From positions 1 through 64,000 of the IMG/VR virus record IMGVR_UViG_3300024187_000002: 64,000 nt of DNA. One strand, given 5' to 3'. This document shows, piece by piece, positions 28,065 to 38,140 of this stretch. Each line of letters opens with the position of its first letter. Positions within the stretch are counted from its first letter, which is position 1. The stretch comes from a virus. Lineage: Duplodnaviria > Caudoviricetes. The notes under the pieces are model-generated. The model was not told the origin of the DNA. It saw only the letters and a list, made by a program, of their open reading frames with translations, and made no database searches. A program made the position numbers and the translations under genes.

Positions 28065-28601
28065 TTACTTACTCCGGTCTTTTTCGGCTAATCGGCGACG
28101 TTCATCCCACGAGAGTTGCGGCCCCATTCTTACGCCGTCAATGACACGGGAAGCGGCGTGCCACCTATCGTACGATTCAGTTGTCATCCTGCTAGGCAGT
28201 TCGTCTTCGTGGATCAAGGGCGTTGTCCACGGCGGCGGTTCAACCGCAATAAATTCACCCTCACAGTTTTCTAGCTTAAACGTTCGCTGATACCCGACAG
28301 CGGACACCCACGGACGCTCAATCTTGACTACTTCTGGCTCGAAATCGTCGTTGAGGCGATACCAGTAATAACCGTCCGGTAATCCGTTGTTGTTAGGACG
28401 CAACACCCATGTTTTAGCTTCCGTGCGACAATAGCCGCGCGAATCATCTTGCGGGTGTATGCGAAAACTCCGCGACTTGCCGCACATCGGACATTCTAGC
28501 CATTCAAAGTATACGTCATGCTCATCGCAGACTTCTCCCTCATGGCTAACCATCGTCGGACAGTTAGAAGCGGCGCAGGGGTGTATCGGCGGATAAAACA
28601 T
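28065..28601 (-). CDS. Hypothetical protein with CxxC
   Basis: 178 aa in the leftward operon. Confidence 0.55.
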   Translation of the reverse strand: MFYPPIHPCAASNCPTMVSHEGEVCDEHDVYFEWLECPMCGKSRSFRIHPQDDSRGYCRTEAKTWVLRPNNNGLPDGYYWYRLNDDFEPEVVKIERPWVSAVGYQRTFKLENCEGEFIAVEPPPWTTPLIHEDELPSRMTTESYDRWHAASRVIDGVRMGPQLSWDERRRLAEKDRSK

Positions 28602-29155
28602 CTACAGTCTCCCTCTTAATTGCGCGTCCCGGAACAATATCGAACCGCGTGATCGTGCTTACAATCATCGCAGATAATTTGATTGCAAACTGGACACGGG
28701 AAAAAATACGCCCAGCTATCGTCAACCGTTGCACAATTTGGACATCTCATAGCTTCTCGCTTTAAGCCGTTTGATTCACGTCGCTCGACATTCGCTCTTT
28801 TAGCCAACCATGTGAATATCCAATTTCTTCCCACTCTTCATGTTCAAGTTCTTCTAGTAACAGCCGTCGCGCCGTTGCGCACAGTCCTGAAATACCCGCC
28901 CACGGATTACAGCGACGGCACGAAACGCCGTGAGCTACAAGCGGTGAAGTATTCCTCTGGGAAGCCATCGTAAAAAGTTACCCGCATCTGGGAAAGGCGG
29001 CGGGTCTGCCCGATACGATCCTTTATTGCGGCCCTCGTATCAGTCTCCGCGTGGCTACTAGCCACAAGCCAACCGTATCACAACTAAGACGCTAATTCAA
29101 TATTCCATTTCGTGTGAGCATTCATGCCTACTCCAATACTCAACACAAAGTAGCT

Positions 29156-29923
29156 TCAGCCGAGTTCGCGAATCTCTACACGAACGAAATAATCTCTTTT
29201 ACCAGTTGGCACCTGATTGTATTCAAATCTGATTCGCGCCGTGTCGCCGTCGTCTACCTCAAACCAATCCGCGATGGAATCTTGAACGTGTTTGAAACTA
29301 CCCGCGAGATTGTCTGTATCTAGTGCCTTTGCGCCGTAGCGGGTGAGCGAAACATGACACGGTAAACCAATCGGACTCTTACCATGCAAACCGCAAGGAA
29401 TACCAGCGGCCATTAATGATACGGCTGTCACTTCTTGCTGTTGTTTCTTTCGCCGATTCTTAGCCGTCCAATGTTCTCGCATATTAGCTTCGCTAACCGT
29501 TCTGACCGGAATCGTGAATTCTACTCGCCCTGACCGCCTCTTCCTACCGCCATTTACGCGCTTTTGAGGCTGGCTAGGCGCAATCCCCTCTAAAGGCTCT
29601 ACGGTGGCACTTGGCCGGATCGGACGCTCAGGGGTCAAATCTAGCGCCCACGGGCACGGTGGCGGAATTCGCTCTTCTGGGCTTAGGCATGAATGAGGTT
29701 CAAAGTGGTGCACTTTATCCTCTGCGATTGGGTTACGAGTCCACGGTTTTGCATGGACGGCTCTTTTCAACACTCCGCAACCTTCACGGTGAACCATTGA
29801 AGGCGCGCCACGTCGTAGACGAGTCACAACATAATACTTCACTGGCGGTTTCTCACGATGTACCCGTAGGTGGGGATTATTGGCTATAGCTTGGGCTAAA
29901 TCAGATGGAGTCCATCGAGTCAC
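29156..29923 (-). CDS. RusA-like Holliday junction resolvase with N-terminal extension
   Basis: FTIPVRTVSEAN..HW..K; LDTDNLAGSFKHVQDSIADWFEVDD matches the RusA D-x-D-N..K..D pattern. Confidence 0.7.
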   Translation of the reverse strand: MTRWTPSDLAQAIANNPHLRVHREKPPVKYYVVTRLRRGAPSMVHREGCGVLKRAVHAKPWTRNPIAEDKVHHFEPHSCLSPEERIPPPCPWALDLTPERPIRPSATVEPLEGIAPSQPQKRVNGGRKRRSGRVEFTIPVRTVSEANMREHWTAKNRRKKQQQEVTAVSLMAAGIPCGLHGKSPIGLPCHVSLTRYGAKALDTDNLAGSFKHVQDSIADWFEVDDGDTARIRFEYNQVPTGKRDYFVRVEIRELG

Positions 29924-30306
29924 GCCAACCTCCCGGCGTAGAGCGGATCGTCAATCAGCGTTTCAGGGAAATCCTCACCGTTCGCCTTGCACCAGTCCCA
30001 AATGGTATCGAACTGCTTAATACTCACGTCGCCCTCTGGATACCATTCGCCGCGACTTAGTTTGACAAACTTCTCTTCTTTCAATCCGGTCAGCTTTTCC
30101 AGATGACCAGCGAGCCAGTTATGCGCCCACGAATCGCACGAGTAGAGTTTGCCGTCCGGCGTTAACCATCCGTTCCGAATGTTCTCAAGATCGCGCACGG
30201 GTATTAGCCGCTTGGCGAGTGCCGCTGCTTCGCGTTTATCTTGCCGTTCCATTGCGCTAGCCCAAATCACCTCATCCACCCCAACCACTTCAACACAGAA
30301 CGCCAT
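29920..30306 (-). CDS. Hypothetical phage protein
   Basis: GWLTPDGKLY..H motif; coupled to its neighbours. Confidence 0.5.
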   Translation of the reverse strand: MAFCVEVVGVDEVIWASAMERQDKREAAALAKRLIPVRDLENIRNGWLTPDGKLYSCDSWAHNWLAGHLEKLTGLKEEKFVKLSRGEWYPEGDVSIKQFDTIWDWCKANGEDFPETLIDDPLYAGRLA

Positions 30307-30526
30307 TTAAGCGCGGGGCTGTCCACAATAATACACAGTCCAGACTTAGATAAGATTTCATCTACAGGTAATGTAGGGCGTTGATTAGGCTCGCTGAACG
30401 GCTTCCACGACTTACCGTTTATGCCAATCCATTCTCGCCAACTTTGGGCCATGCGCGCGAGTTCGATATCGGCACGAGTAACTTTTGGTTCCTCTCTGGA
30501 TGCGATTTTTAGTTTGTGTTGTGGGT

Positions 30527-31063
30527 TCATGTTGCCTCCGGCTGCGCGGTTCTGCCGAGTTGTCTTCGTGTCCATGCCAGCACTTTCTCGTAACGATCCT
30601 CTGGCGTGATCGGAACCCACTGTTTAGGCTTTTCTGCGGGCCAACGATACGGCCCTTCGGCCCGAACGAGTGTGCACCCGTCAAGCTGAACGTCGTTTAG
30701 TTCGACCACCTTCCACGCAACGAGACGGGGCATTCCTAACTCCATGCCAATTTCCTCCATCTCCCCGTCGCCTTCAAGCTCGTCAACATCGCGGTCGATG
30801 CCGATTTGAGCAAGTTGTTCGCGAGTCTCCGCAATCAGATTGCGGCCCTTGTACTTTGCCAGCGCGCCTATGGCGCACACTTCGCCGTCTGCGTCAACCA
30901 TCTTTCCTGCGATCAGTCTCTTGTCTGGTAACGCGAGAAGCGCGGCCTCAAGTTCGCGCAACGCCGATTGCCCCGCCTTGCCGTGAAGCGAACGGCGGCA
31001 GTTGGCTTGCCACAACTCAAATTGACCACCAAAATCTTCGTCTTCCGAGTAGCTGATTCTCAT
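30527..31063 (-). CDS. Hypothetical phage protein
   Basis: 178 aa, ATGA coupled, SD AAGGAGA. Confidence 0.6.
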   Translation of the reverse strand: MRISYSEDEDFGGQFELWQANCRRSLHGKAGQSALRELEAALLALPDKRLIAGKMVDADGEVCAIGALAKYKGRNLIAETREQLAQIGIDRDVDELEGDGEMEEIGMELGMPRLVAWKVVELNDVQLDGCTLVRAEGPYRWPAEKPKQWVPITPEDRYEKVLAWTRRQLGRTAQPEAT

Positions 31064-31563
31064 GTGGATTTCTCCTTTAATCGAGCTAGTTCATTTCGCA
31101 GCCCAACGCGGATAGCTAGAAGATCAACATATTCAAGTCTAGGATTTTCTTTGGCCATGAGCTCGATTTGAAACGTGACGCCAATGCCGTATTTAAGAAA
31201 CATGCTATCCCGATAAGATTTCGAGTTTTCGTTATGCGCTTTATTGTGAAACGAGCATTGGCCGTTGCAGTTTCTTAAATCCCACCGCAGACTCAAAACT
31301 TCTCTCTTGATGTAGTGGCCGACTTGCAAACCTTCCGTTGCTACACAGTCGAAGATGACGCATTTGCTGTCGCGGAGCTTGAGAATCTGGCGTACCAACT
31401 CGTCACAATCATCGCGGATTTCTCGCTCAGAATCCCCATCAACTGACGGCTTCTTATTGAAGCGCGGCTTGATCCTTTTACCGCGATTCATCTGAGAACG
31501 CTTCATTGGTCGATGGGCGGCTTTTGCCTCAGCGTAAGATTTCTTGAAACTCATTGTAAGCAC
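31060..31563 (-). CDS. ninG: NinG/Rap-like HNH nuclease
   Basis: RDSKC..C..GHYIKR..LRWDLRNCNGQC..HN. Confidence 0.78.
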   Translation of the reverse strand: MLTMSFKKSYAEAKAAHRPMKRSQMNRGKRIKPRFNKKPSVDGDSEREIRDDCDELVRQILKLRDSKCVIFDCVATEGLQVGHYIKREVLSLRWDLRNCNGQCSFHNKAHNENSKSYRDSMFLKYGIGVTFQIELMAKENPRLEYVDLLAIRVGLRNELARLKEKST

Positions 31564-31699
31564 AAAAGAATTAACTCTGCGGCCTTCTTAGCGCGGCAGT
31601 AGCACCTTGCATACGCTAGGAACACTCCATCAAGATACAAAGCATAAGTTAACGGTCTTTCACCGGAGTGTGTTGGGTAGAACTGGTAAACAATTCTGA

Positions 31700-32665
31700 T
31701 CATGCTATCGCAGCGAAGATGCTGTCTTGTTCTGATTGTGGTTCATCAATCGCCGCGAGATTTTTGATTGCCTGTCGATAATATGAAGGTTTTAACTCAA
31801 TACCGACACTCTTACGACCCGCACGAACCGCTCCATAAACCTCTGAACCTACGCCCATAAACGGCGTCAACATTGTCTCATTTGGGTTTGACCACAAAGC
31901 TAAAACACGGTCAATCACGTCAAGCTGTAAAGGGTGAACATGTTTCTCGTCGTCCTCATCTTTAGAAGCTTTGAAAGGAAGAACCCGACCTAGCCGAATG
32001 TCGTCCCAAAAGGCCGATGCGTATTGCCTCCAGATCCAGTGTGAATATCTATTTTTTGTTTGGTCGCCTTCGTATCCCCGAAAGCGCAATAATTCCTTAG
32101 GAATCTCACGCTCTCCTGCGTATTCCAACAAGCCAATAGGATGCACGATAGGAATAGTGTTTTCGCCCTTGCGTCGAAACACTAACAACCAATCCGCAGA
32201 TGCAACAGAACACCGAGAAGAATCTTCGACAATGGTTTTATGCGCGAGGTTCTTTGCCATTGTGCGATTACGAACTGTTAGAGGTTCTTTCCAGACGGCA
32301 TAGCGGGCGATATAGTGAAAACCTTCTTTCTCGTGTAATCGAATTATGTCGCCGGGAAAGTCGATCAAATGATCACGGCCACTGTTTCCGCTTGGCACAT
32401 CCATACAATGAACGGCAGTCATTCGCCCCGGCAGCGTCAGGCGGCAAATCTCACGCACAACAAAGGCATAGTGCTCAAAGAACTGCGCGTAATCTTTGCA
32501 GTTGGAAAGGTCTTGGTCGCTGGATGAATAATGATATAGACCCCCAAACGGCGGGGAGTATAAAGACAAGTGAACGCACTCGCTTGGCAGCGTAGCCATT
32601 GTTGCGACGCAATCACCGTTATAGAGAGCATACCTGTCAGTTATACATTGGTCGATTACAGCCAT
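31700..32665 (-). CDS. DNA N4-C/N6-A methyltransferase (beta class)
   Basis: SPPF catalytic motif N-terminal, HPLQL, TPFMGVGSE SAM motif C-terminal. Confidence 0.9.
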   Translation of the reverse strand: MAVIDQCITDRYALYNGDCVATMATLPSECVHLSLYSPPFGGLYHYSSSDQDLSNCKDYAQFFEHYAFVVREICRLTLPGRMTAVHCMDVPSGNSGRDHLIDFPGDIIRLHEKEGFHYIARYAVWKEPLTVRNRTMAKNLAHKTIVEDSSRCSVASADWLLVFRRKGENTIPIVHPIGLLEYAGEREIPKELLRFRGYEGDQTKNRYSHWIWRQYASAFWDDIRLGRVLPFKASKDEDDEKHVHPLQLDVIDRVLALWSNPNETMLTPFMGVGSEVYGAVRAGRKSVGIELKPSYYRQAIKNLAAIDEPQSEQDSIFAAIA

Positions 32666-34020
32666 GAAGGTAGTACCTCCGCTTGGGTTGGGCGAAATCC
32701 ATTGCGCTTAATATTCATTGCGTCCGTCATGTATTCGACAAGCACCGCAAACATATTGTCGGCAGCTTCCGCTTTTCGCTTAAGATTAGCCATTACCATT
32801 TGCTCGCCCTCGGTAGTTACGATATCAACTTTAACGGGATTTTTCTGACCAACCCTCCAGCACCGTCTGACTCCCTGATAATACTGCTCGTAGGAATGTG
32901 ACGGGAAAAAAGTCATGTGCGCACAATGTTGCAGATTCAATCCCCACGCGCCGATCTTTGGCTTGGTTATTAGAGTTCGGATTTGGCCCGAGATAAACGC
33001 GAGAAACTTTTCTTCTTTTGCTTCGTCTGAATCCTTGCCTGAGATTTGCATGCCGTCAGAAATCAATTCCTCCAAAAGATCCCCTTCCGGATTGAGTTGG
33101 CACCATACCAGTGCCGGTCTGTCATGTGAAACCAGCTCCGCAACTTTCTCGCATCGCTCTTTTAAGGTTCGCCTTCGCTCGTCGCGTTGCTCTTGAAGGT
33201 TTCGAGCCAACGGCATAAACAAACAACCGTCAGGCATTACAGTAGCGGCAATTACGTGATCCTTTTCTATTAGCGGTGGTAGCACGAACGAGGCATCGTC
33301 AAATCCTAAATCTGACGGTTTGCGCATTGCTCGCGCCCACGAGGACACCCACCGCCAAAAAGGTTTTTCAGCGTGACCCTTAAACCTCCACTTAATAACC
33401 TGACCGTGCATTCTTCCGGTTGCGGAGTTGTTTTGGTCGTTCTTGAAAAACCGATTGAGCATGTCCATATGCCCAAGTTCGCCTAACGCCTCAGATGACG
33501 TGCCGAGTTCAGTGTAATCATTTGGCGCAGCCGTCGCCGTCGCAAGCAAGCGATAAGGCAGCTTGCGCATAAACTCAGTGATTGCTTTCCGAGTTGAACC
33601 GTCAAACGATTTAAGGATGGAGCTTTCATCACAAACCATTCCCGCAAAGTCGTTAGGGTCGAAAAGGTGTAGCCGCTCATAGTTTGTGACAGTGATATTC
33701 TTTTGCGGCTTACCGTCGCCTGACCGTTTACAGTCAATTCCGAACTTATCAGCCTCTCGCACAAACTGATGCGACACGGCTAACGGAGTGACGATTATTA
33801 CCTTCTTGTTTGTGTGACGAATGACGTTTTCGGCCCAGACAAGAGCTTGAGGACTCTTACCTAAACCACAATCTTCGAATAATCCGGCTTTCCCCTTGCG
33901 AATACTCCAATCAACAAGTGACTGCTGGAAGTCGAAGAGAAAATCAGGCATCCAAATAGGCTCAAAACCTGAGTATCCACCTATCTGAGACTTGTCCTTT
34001 AGGAAGTCCTGATAGCTCAT
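32656..34020 (-). CDS. SF2 (SNF2-like) helicase
   Basis: DCGLGKS Walker A, DESS Walker B, TAT, GLNLQ, QGVRRCWRVGQ. Confidence 0.88.
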   Translation of the reverse strand: MSYQDFLKDKSQIGGYSGFEPIWMPDFLFDFQQSLVDWSIRKGKAGLFEDCGLGKSPQALVWAENVIRHTNKKVIIVTPLAVSHQFVREADKFGIDCKRSGDGKPQKNITVTNYERLHLFDPNDFAGMVCDESSILKSFDGSTRKAITEFMRKLPYRLLATATAAPNDYTELGTSSEALGELGHMDMLNRFFKNDQNNSATGRMHGQVIKWRFKGHAEKPFWRWVSSWARAMRKPSDLGFDDASFVLPPLIEKDHVIAATVMPDGCLFMPLARNLQEQRDERRRTLKERCEKVAELVSHDRPALVWCQLNPEGDLLEELISDGMQISGKDSDEAKEEKFLAFISGQIRTLITKPKIGAWGLNLQHCAHMTFFPSHSYEQYYQGVRRCWRVGQKNPVKVDIVTTEGEQMVMANLKRKAEAADNMFAVLVEYMTDAMNIKRNGFRPTQAEVLPSWL

Positions 34021-35117
34021 ATCCGCAACTTCCCTTGAACGTAGGTAAACGCAAAAGGCAGCGGTTCTTTAGGTGTGAACTTCAACGCAGAATGGTTCGC
34101 GCTTAACTCCCAAACCATATCACCTTTAACTATCCGAAACAGATCAAGTAATTGCACGCCGTCTATCGCGATAGGTAGCGTATCGCCATTAAGTGTTGGA
34201 CAGTCAAAGGCTAACTGCTCATTCGCTTCGCCGTTGATGCTTTGACTAAATAAATCTGATTGACCGTTCTTTAATCGAAAGTCCACGCGAGCGCCGATAC
34301 GGTTTCGGTCACTGGCTAGCAACACTCGCTTGAGCGCGGGTAAAAGAATTTCAGGGTTGATGTTGATTTGATGTTCGCACTTCGCTTCAACAACCGGAGA
34401 CCAATCGCCCCACTTATGGCTTGAGAGTTTGAAGGTAGCTTCGTTTTCACCGAACCGCGCCGTCAGTACGTTTTCAGAAAGAAACAGCGTTACAGTCTCG
34501 GAATTCGCCACAAACGCGGTTAGCGCCGACACCGCCTTGGCCGGGAGCAACGCATAGAATTCTTCACCTTTGTACGGAATGCTTGTTGTGGCCGCGCGTG
34601 GGCCACACATGCCTGTTACTTGAAACCTGTCCCCTTTGGTGCATAACTCAAGATTCTTCCATGATTCTTGACCATTAGGGTTGGTTTCCATTGCGATCGA
34701 CGCAGCTTTCAGCATTCCCGCGAGAGTCTTACCCTCTATGGCGATCTTTTCGTCTGCGGCTACGTCGATAAATCGAAATTCTTCTTTCGGGAGATAAGGC
34801 AATCTGTGTTTGGCCGTCTCGGTCTTGACCCAAACCTGATCATTCTCTGCCGTGATTACCACGCCACCCGACAGTAGCGCCATCAAGTCGGCAATCTGTT
34901 TGGCCTTAACGCAGAATGCGCCCTCTGTTTTGATTTCAGCGGGGACGTGAAGTGAGATGCTCATGTCCATATCCGTGCCGGATAGTTTCAGCTTGCCGGC
35001 TTGAGCCTCAATCAAAACATACGAAAGCCACGGTAACGTTCCTTTAATCTCCGCAGAATTCAGCACGAGATTCAGAGCATCTGACAGGTCTTTAGCGTTT
35101 ACAGTAAATTGAGTCAT
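34017..35117 (-). CDS. dnaN: DNA polymerase III beta sliding clamp
   Basis: MTQFTV..L..AL..TLPWLSYVLIEA..LKLSGTDMD..EGAFCVKAK; about 366 aa, three-domain length. ATG 35117. Confidence 0.88.
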   Translation of the reverse strand: MTQFTVNAKDLSDALNLVLNSAEIKGTLPWLSYVLIEAQAGKLKLSGTDMDMSISLHVPAEIKTEGAFCVKAKQIADLMALLSGGVVITAENDQVWVKTETAKHRLPYLPKEEFRFIDVAADEKIAIEGKTLAGMLKAASIAMETNPNGQESWKNLELCTKGDRFQVTGMCGPRAATTSIPYKGEEFYALLPAKAVSALTAFVANSETVTLFLSENVLTARFGENEATFKLSSHKWGDWSPVVEAKCEHQININPEILLPALKRVLLASDRNRIGARVDFRLKNGQSDLFSQSINGEANEQLAFDCPTLNGDTLPIAIDGVQLLDLFRIVKGDMVWELSANHSALKFTPKEPLPFAFTYVQGKLRI

Positions 35118-35297
35118 TCGTGAACCCCACACAAATCGCATTCGTCACAATCTCGAACATCATCGCGATATTCTGAGTTGTCAGCCAGCGTTTCAACTTG
35201 ACGCGCTAACCATTCAATCTTCTCTGCGTCAGTATTTAGCCCTAGATGCTTAGGCCAGTACCCGGTTAATGTGCCGGTTGCTATTTGCCTCAGTTCG

Positions 35298-35453
35298 TCA
35301 GCGTCCATGATTACGCCCCCTCGGTTTTAAGTGCACCTCAATGGCGATAGTGATCTCGGCATTAACCGTGCGCCGATTCTTCTCGGCAAGCGCCTTAAGT
35401 TTGCGGTAGATATCTTTCGGAATATAAAGGTGCGCCTCGTGTTTCTCGCTCAT
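35298..35453 (-). CDS. Arc-like ribbon-helix-helix protein
   Basis: HLYIPKDIYRKLKALAEKNRRTVNAEITIAIE; translated manually. Confidence 0.7.
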   Translation of the reverse strand: MSEKHEAHLYIPKDIYRKLKALAEKNRRTVNAEITIAIEVHLKPRGRNHGR

Positions 35454-35497
35454 ATCCTGTGATAGTATCTGAATGTCCTATCGAAGTCAATAGCGAA

Positions 35498-35719
35498 TTA
35501 CGCCGCGATATACACTCTGCGCCTGAGTGCGTAACGATCCAGCTTATTCTCTGCATGCAGGTCAGCCAAAGCATCACAAAGCTGGTCTATCGTAATATGC
35601 TTATTGATTGCCAGTTTGATTTCATCTTGAGTACGCGCCCCGCCTTGTATTGCAGATAAGACTTCACCTTTAGGTTCTGGGATGTTTATCTGACGCTTTT
35701 TGTAAACTCGTTTTGCCAT
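35498..35719 (-). CDS. Small winged-helix-like protein
   Basis: 73 aa, basic, HTH-like. Confidence 0.45.
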   Translation of the reverse strand: MAKRVYKKRQINIPEPKGEVLSAIQGGARTQDEIKLAINKHITIDQLCDALADLHAENKLDRYALRRRVYIAA

Positions 35720-35856
35720 TACTCGCTCTCAACCTCGCAATCCAGTTCGTCCATGAGTGCGCTGATCGCTTTCTCATATTCGTCGGACGATAAGTTCTGC
35801 CTCTGAATCGCCGCCTTGCGTCGTTCGTATTCTTCCCAATCAGTTTGCTTGCTCAT
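35719..35856 (-). CDS. 45-aa phage protein
   Basis: MSKQTDWEEYERRKAAIQRQNLSSDEYEKAISAL; translated manually. Confidence 0.5.
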   Translation of the reverse strand: MSKQTDWEEYERRKAAIQRQNLSSDEYEKAISALMDELDCEVESE

Positions 35857-37171
35857 AATGTTCTCCGGTTAGCTGTGGTCTCATTCGATAAGTAACGAGT
35901 TCGCCGTTGAATGCTAATTCAGTCCTAAACAGTGGGCCTTCCCTTTGCTTGGCACATTTGAATTGTCGCCCGAAAAACTTAGCGCCCTCTTCTGGCTCAT
36001 CGCCGAACAAAAAGAATACGGTGTCCGCGTCTTGCTCGATCTCGCCAGAGTCTCGTAAGTCTCTTAATTCCGGCTCTCGTTTTTCCTTGGCGAAGTTTCG
36101 GCTTAATTGGCTGATTGCAACTATCGGGATGCGGTATTCCATTGCTAACCCTTTTAGGCCGCGAGACACTGATCCAACTTCTTGATTACGGCTCTCTTTT
36201 CGGCTGCCCTCTAAAAGCTGGAGGTAGTCAATCACAAGCATTTCTACAGATTCATTTCGTCGCTGATACTCAGCGAGATAGGCGCGCACATCAGCAAGCG
36301 ATGTGCTTACGTCGTCAAGAATCATCGGACGGCTCGCGAGTCTTATAACGCCTTGGACGATGCGCTTGTAATCGGACTCGTAAATGCGCGGGCGAATCTT
36401 CCATCGCTCAACGTCGGACTCCACAGCGACAAGGCGATCAAAAAGCGACTCGCGCGACATTTCTCGCGAAACGATATAGACCCTGTGCCCTGTCTCTGCG
36501 ATGTTCGCGGCAATGTCTAGCCCCAAAGTCGTCTTGCCAAAACTTGTAGGCGCGGCCAGTACGTACAAAGCAGATGGCACTAACCCACCACCTAAAAGAC
36601 GCTCGTCAATCTCACGAAACCCGGTCGGCAGCGCATCGCTGACGCCCTTGAAGAATAGTTCGTATCGGTTTAATTGGTTATCTGCGAGTTCTTCTAAACT
36701 TTGAGCCTTGCGTTTCTCGCTTTTGTAGTTTCGGACTTTATCAAGTTGTTCAATAGCGACCGATAACACGCCGTCAAGTTCTTCGCCTTCATCGCCAGCT
36801 TGAGATAGCAAACGGTCTGCGAGTCTCATTAATCCTCGACGCCGCGCAGTCTCTTTAATCGGGCCAATGTAGCACTTAAGGTTCGCTACATGCGGTAACC
36901 CAAAGTCAAGATTCGACAAAAAGACGATTCCGCCAACCAGATCAAGACTATCTCTTTTGCGGAGCGTATCGGCCAGCGTTACCGAGTTCACGGGTTCTCG
37001 GTTCGTTAAGAGGGCAAGCATGGCTTGATAAATAGCTTTGTGTGATGGAACGTAAAACCACTCCGCAGGAAGTTCGCGCCGCGCTTGTTCAAGCAAAGTC
37101 GGATCGAGCAACACTGAGCCGAGTAGCGCCCGCTCGGAATCCGCGCTATGTGGTAGTTGGTCGATAGACAC
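35840..37171 (-). CDS. dnaB: Replicative DNA helicase
   Basis: LPHSADSERALLG, AAPTSFGKT, IDYLQL, ISQLSR, LRDSGEIEQDAD. Confidence 0.96.
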   Translation of the reverse strand: MSIDQLPHSADSERALLGSVLLDPTLLEQARRELPAEWFYVPSHKAIYQAMLALLTNREPVNSVTLADTLRKRDSLDLVGGIVFLSNLDFGLPHVANLKCYIGPIKETARRRGLMRLADRLLSQAGDEGEELDGVLSVAIEQLDKVRNYKSEKRKAQSLEELADNQLNRYELFFKGVSDALPTGFREIDERLLGGGLVPSALYVLAAPTSFGKTTLGLDIAANIAETGHRVYIVSREMSRESLFDRLVAVESDVERWKIRPRIYESDYKRIVQGVIRLASRPMILDDVSTSLADVRAYLAEYQRRNESVEMLVIDYLQLLEGSRKESRNQEVGSVSRGLKGLAMEYRIPIVAISQLSRNFAKEKREPELRDLRDSGEIEQDADTVFFLFGDEPEEGAKFFGRQFKCAKQREGPLFRTELAFNGELVTYRMRPQLTGEHYEQAN

Positions 37172-37895
37172 GCCCAGCCCTCCTTGCTAGTTCTGCCTGT
37201 CGCGCATGCCATGAGGCATCATGCCCATTGCCGTTCATCGGTTCATCTACGGGTCGAAAAGGTTGTTCAATGCGGTTCAGCCACGATACGAAGAACTTAG
37301 GGGTCAGCTGGCGACGGTTCACCGAACACCAGCGTTCAGCTTTCCGAAACTCAATCGCAACATCAAGACGTTCATAAGCCGGATCGCTTTGAAGGTCAGA
37401 AATAAATGCCGTACGGCCTTCTTCATCGTTCTTCTTCAGTATGTTCTTCTTACGGTCAATGTCGTTGACCTTGTTTAACACGCGGGATTGACCTTGCTGC
37501 TTGTTTTGTTGACCTTGCTCAAGGTCAATATCTTTACCTTGTTCTGAATATCTTAAAGCGTTTTCGCGCCAGATATCCGCGATGCTGATTTCGTGGTAAT
37601 CTTGTCCGCCTTTTGGGTTGGCCCGTTCCTTAACTGTGATTAACGCCTTCCCGTTCAGGTCTGCGCGTGGCCGTGAAAGTAATTGCTTCGCTTTAATGAT
37701 TGTCGGGACGCTGACGCTGCATTTTTTTGCTAGCGTGCGTGTAGACTGAAAACACTTTCCGCCGTTACCGGCTACGCGCTTGAGATAGGAGTAAAGTAGG
37801 AACTCGTAAGAGGAAAGCCCGATGTCGAATACGATGTTTGGAATCTGCGTCCAGTAATATCGAGGATCGCCCGCGTCGTCTATTTCATGCTTCAT
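37146..37895 (-). CDS. Phage replication initiator (N-terminal wHTH)
   Basis: QIPN..LSSYEFLLYSYL..CFQSTRTLAKKCSVSVPTI; immediately upstream of dnaB. Confidence 0.75.
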   Translation of the reverse strand: MKHEIDDAGDPRYYWTQIPNIVFDIGLSSYEFLLYSYLKRVAGNGGKCFQSTRTLAKKCSVSVPTIIKAKQLLSRPRADLNGKALITVKERANPKGGQDYHEISIADIWRENALRYSEQGKDIDLEQGQQNKQQGQSRVLNKVNDIDRKKNILKKNDEEGRTAFISDLQSDPAYERLDVAIEFRKAERWCSVNRRQLTPKFFVSWLNRIEQPFRPVDEPMNGNGHDASWHARQAELARRAGRVYRPTTT

Positions 37896-37905
37896 TCAGG
37901 GAAAC

Positions 37906-38064
37906 GCCTTTCAGGGACAGGCGCTAGAGACAGAAAAACGGCTCTAGCGAACCGCGCCGCATCGGCTACGCCTCTCTACCCTTCCCCAAGGCCAGAAAGA
38001 CGCTATAGCAAACGCGGCTCACTAGAACCGTCTGGGGAAGGATTTTAGCGCCTCGCCGAAAGGC
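37906..38064 (-). ncRNA. Highly structured 5' leader of the initiator gene
   Basis: Nested 7-, 8- and 10-bp stems plus an interleaved 18-bp helix; see findings. Confidence 0.6.
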
Positions 38065-38097
38065 ACGTCAAATCACAAAATTGTCAAAGACCTAAGC

Positions 38098-38126
38098 ACG
38101 ATAATCTCAATTCGCCTTTGCGTCAA
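38098..38126 (-). promoter_or_regulatory. Sigma70-like promoter for the replication operon
   Basis: TTGACG-17-TATCGT. Confidence 0.55.
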
Positions 38127-38140
38127 CACCCTTTTGCGAT

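Noticed and set aside
29040-29075. Hammerhead ribozyme
   Set aside because: CUGAUAC does not match the CUGANGA core and no correctly placed GAAA/UH is present.
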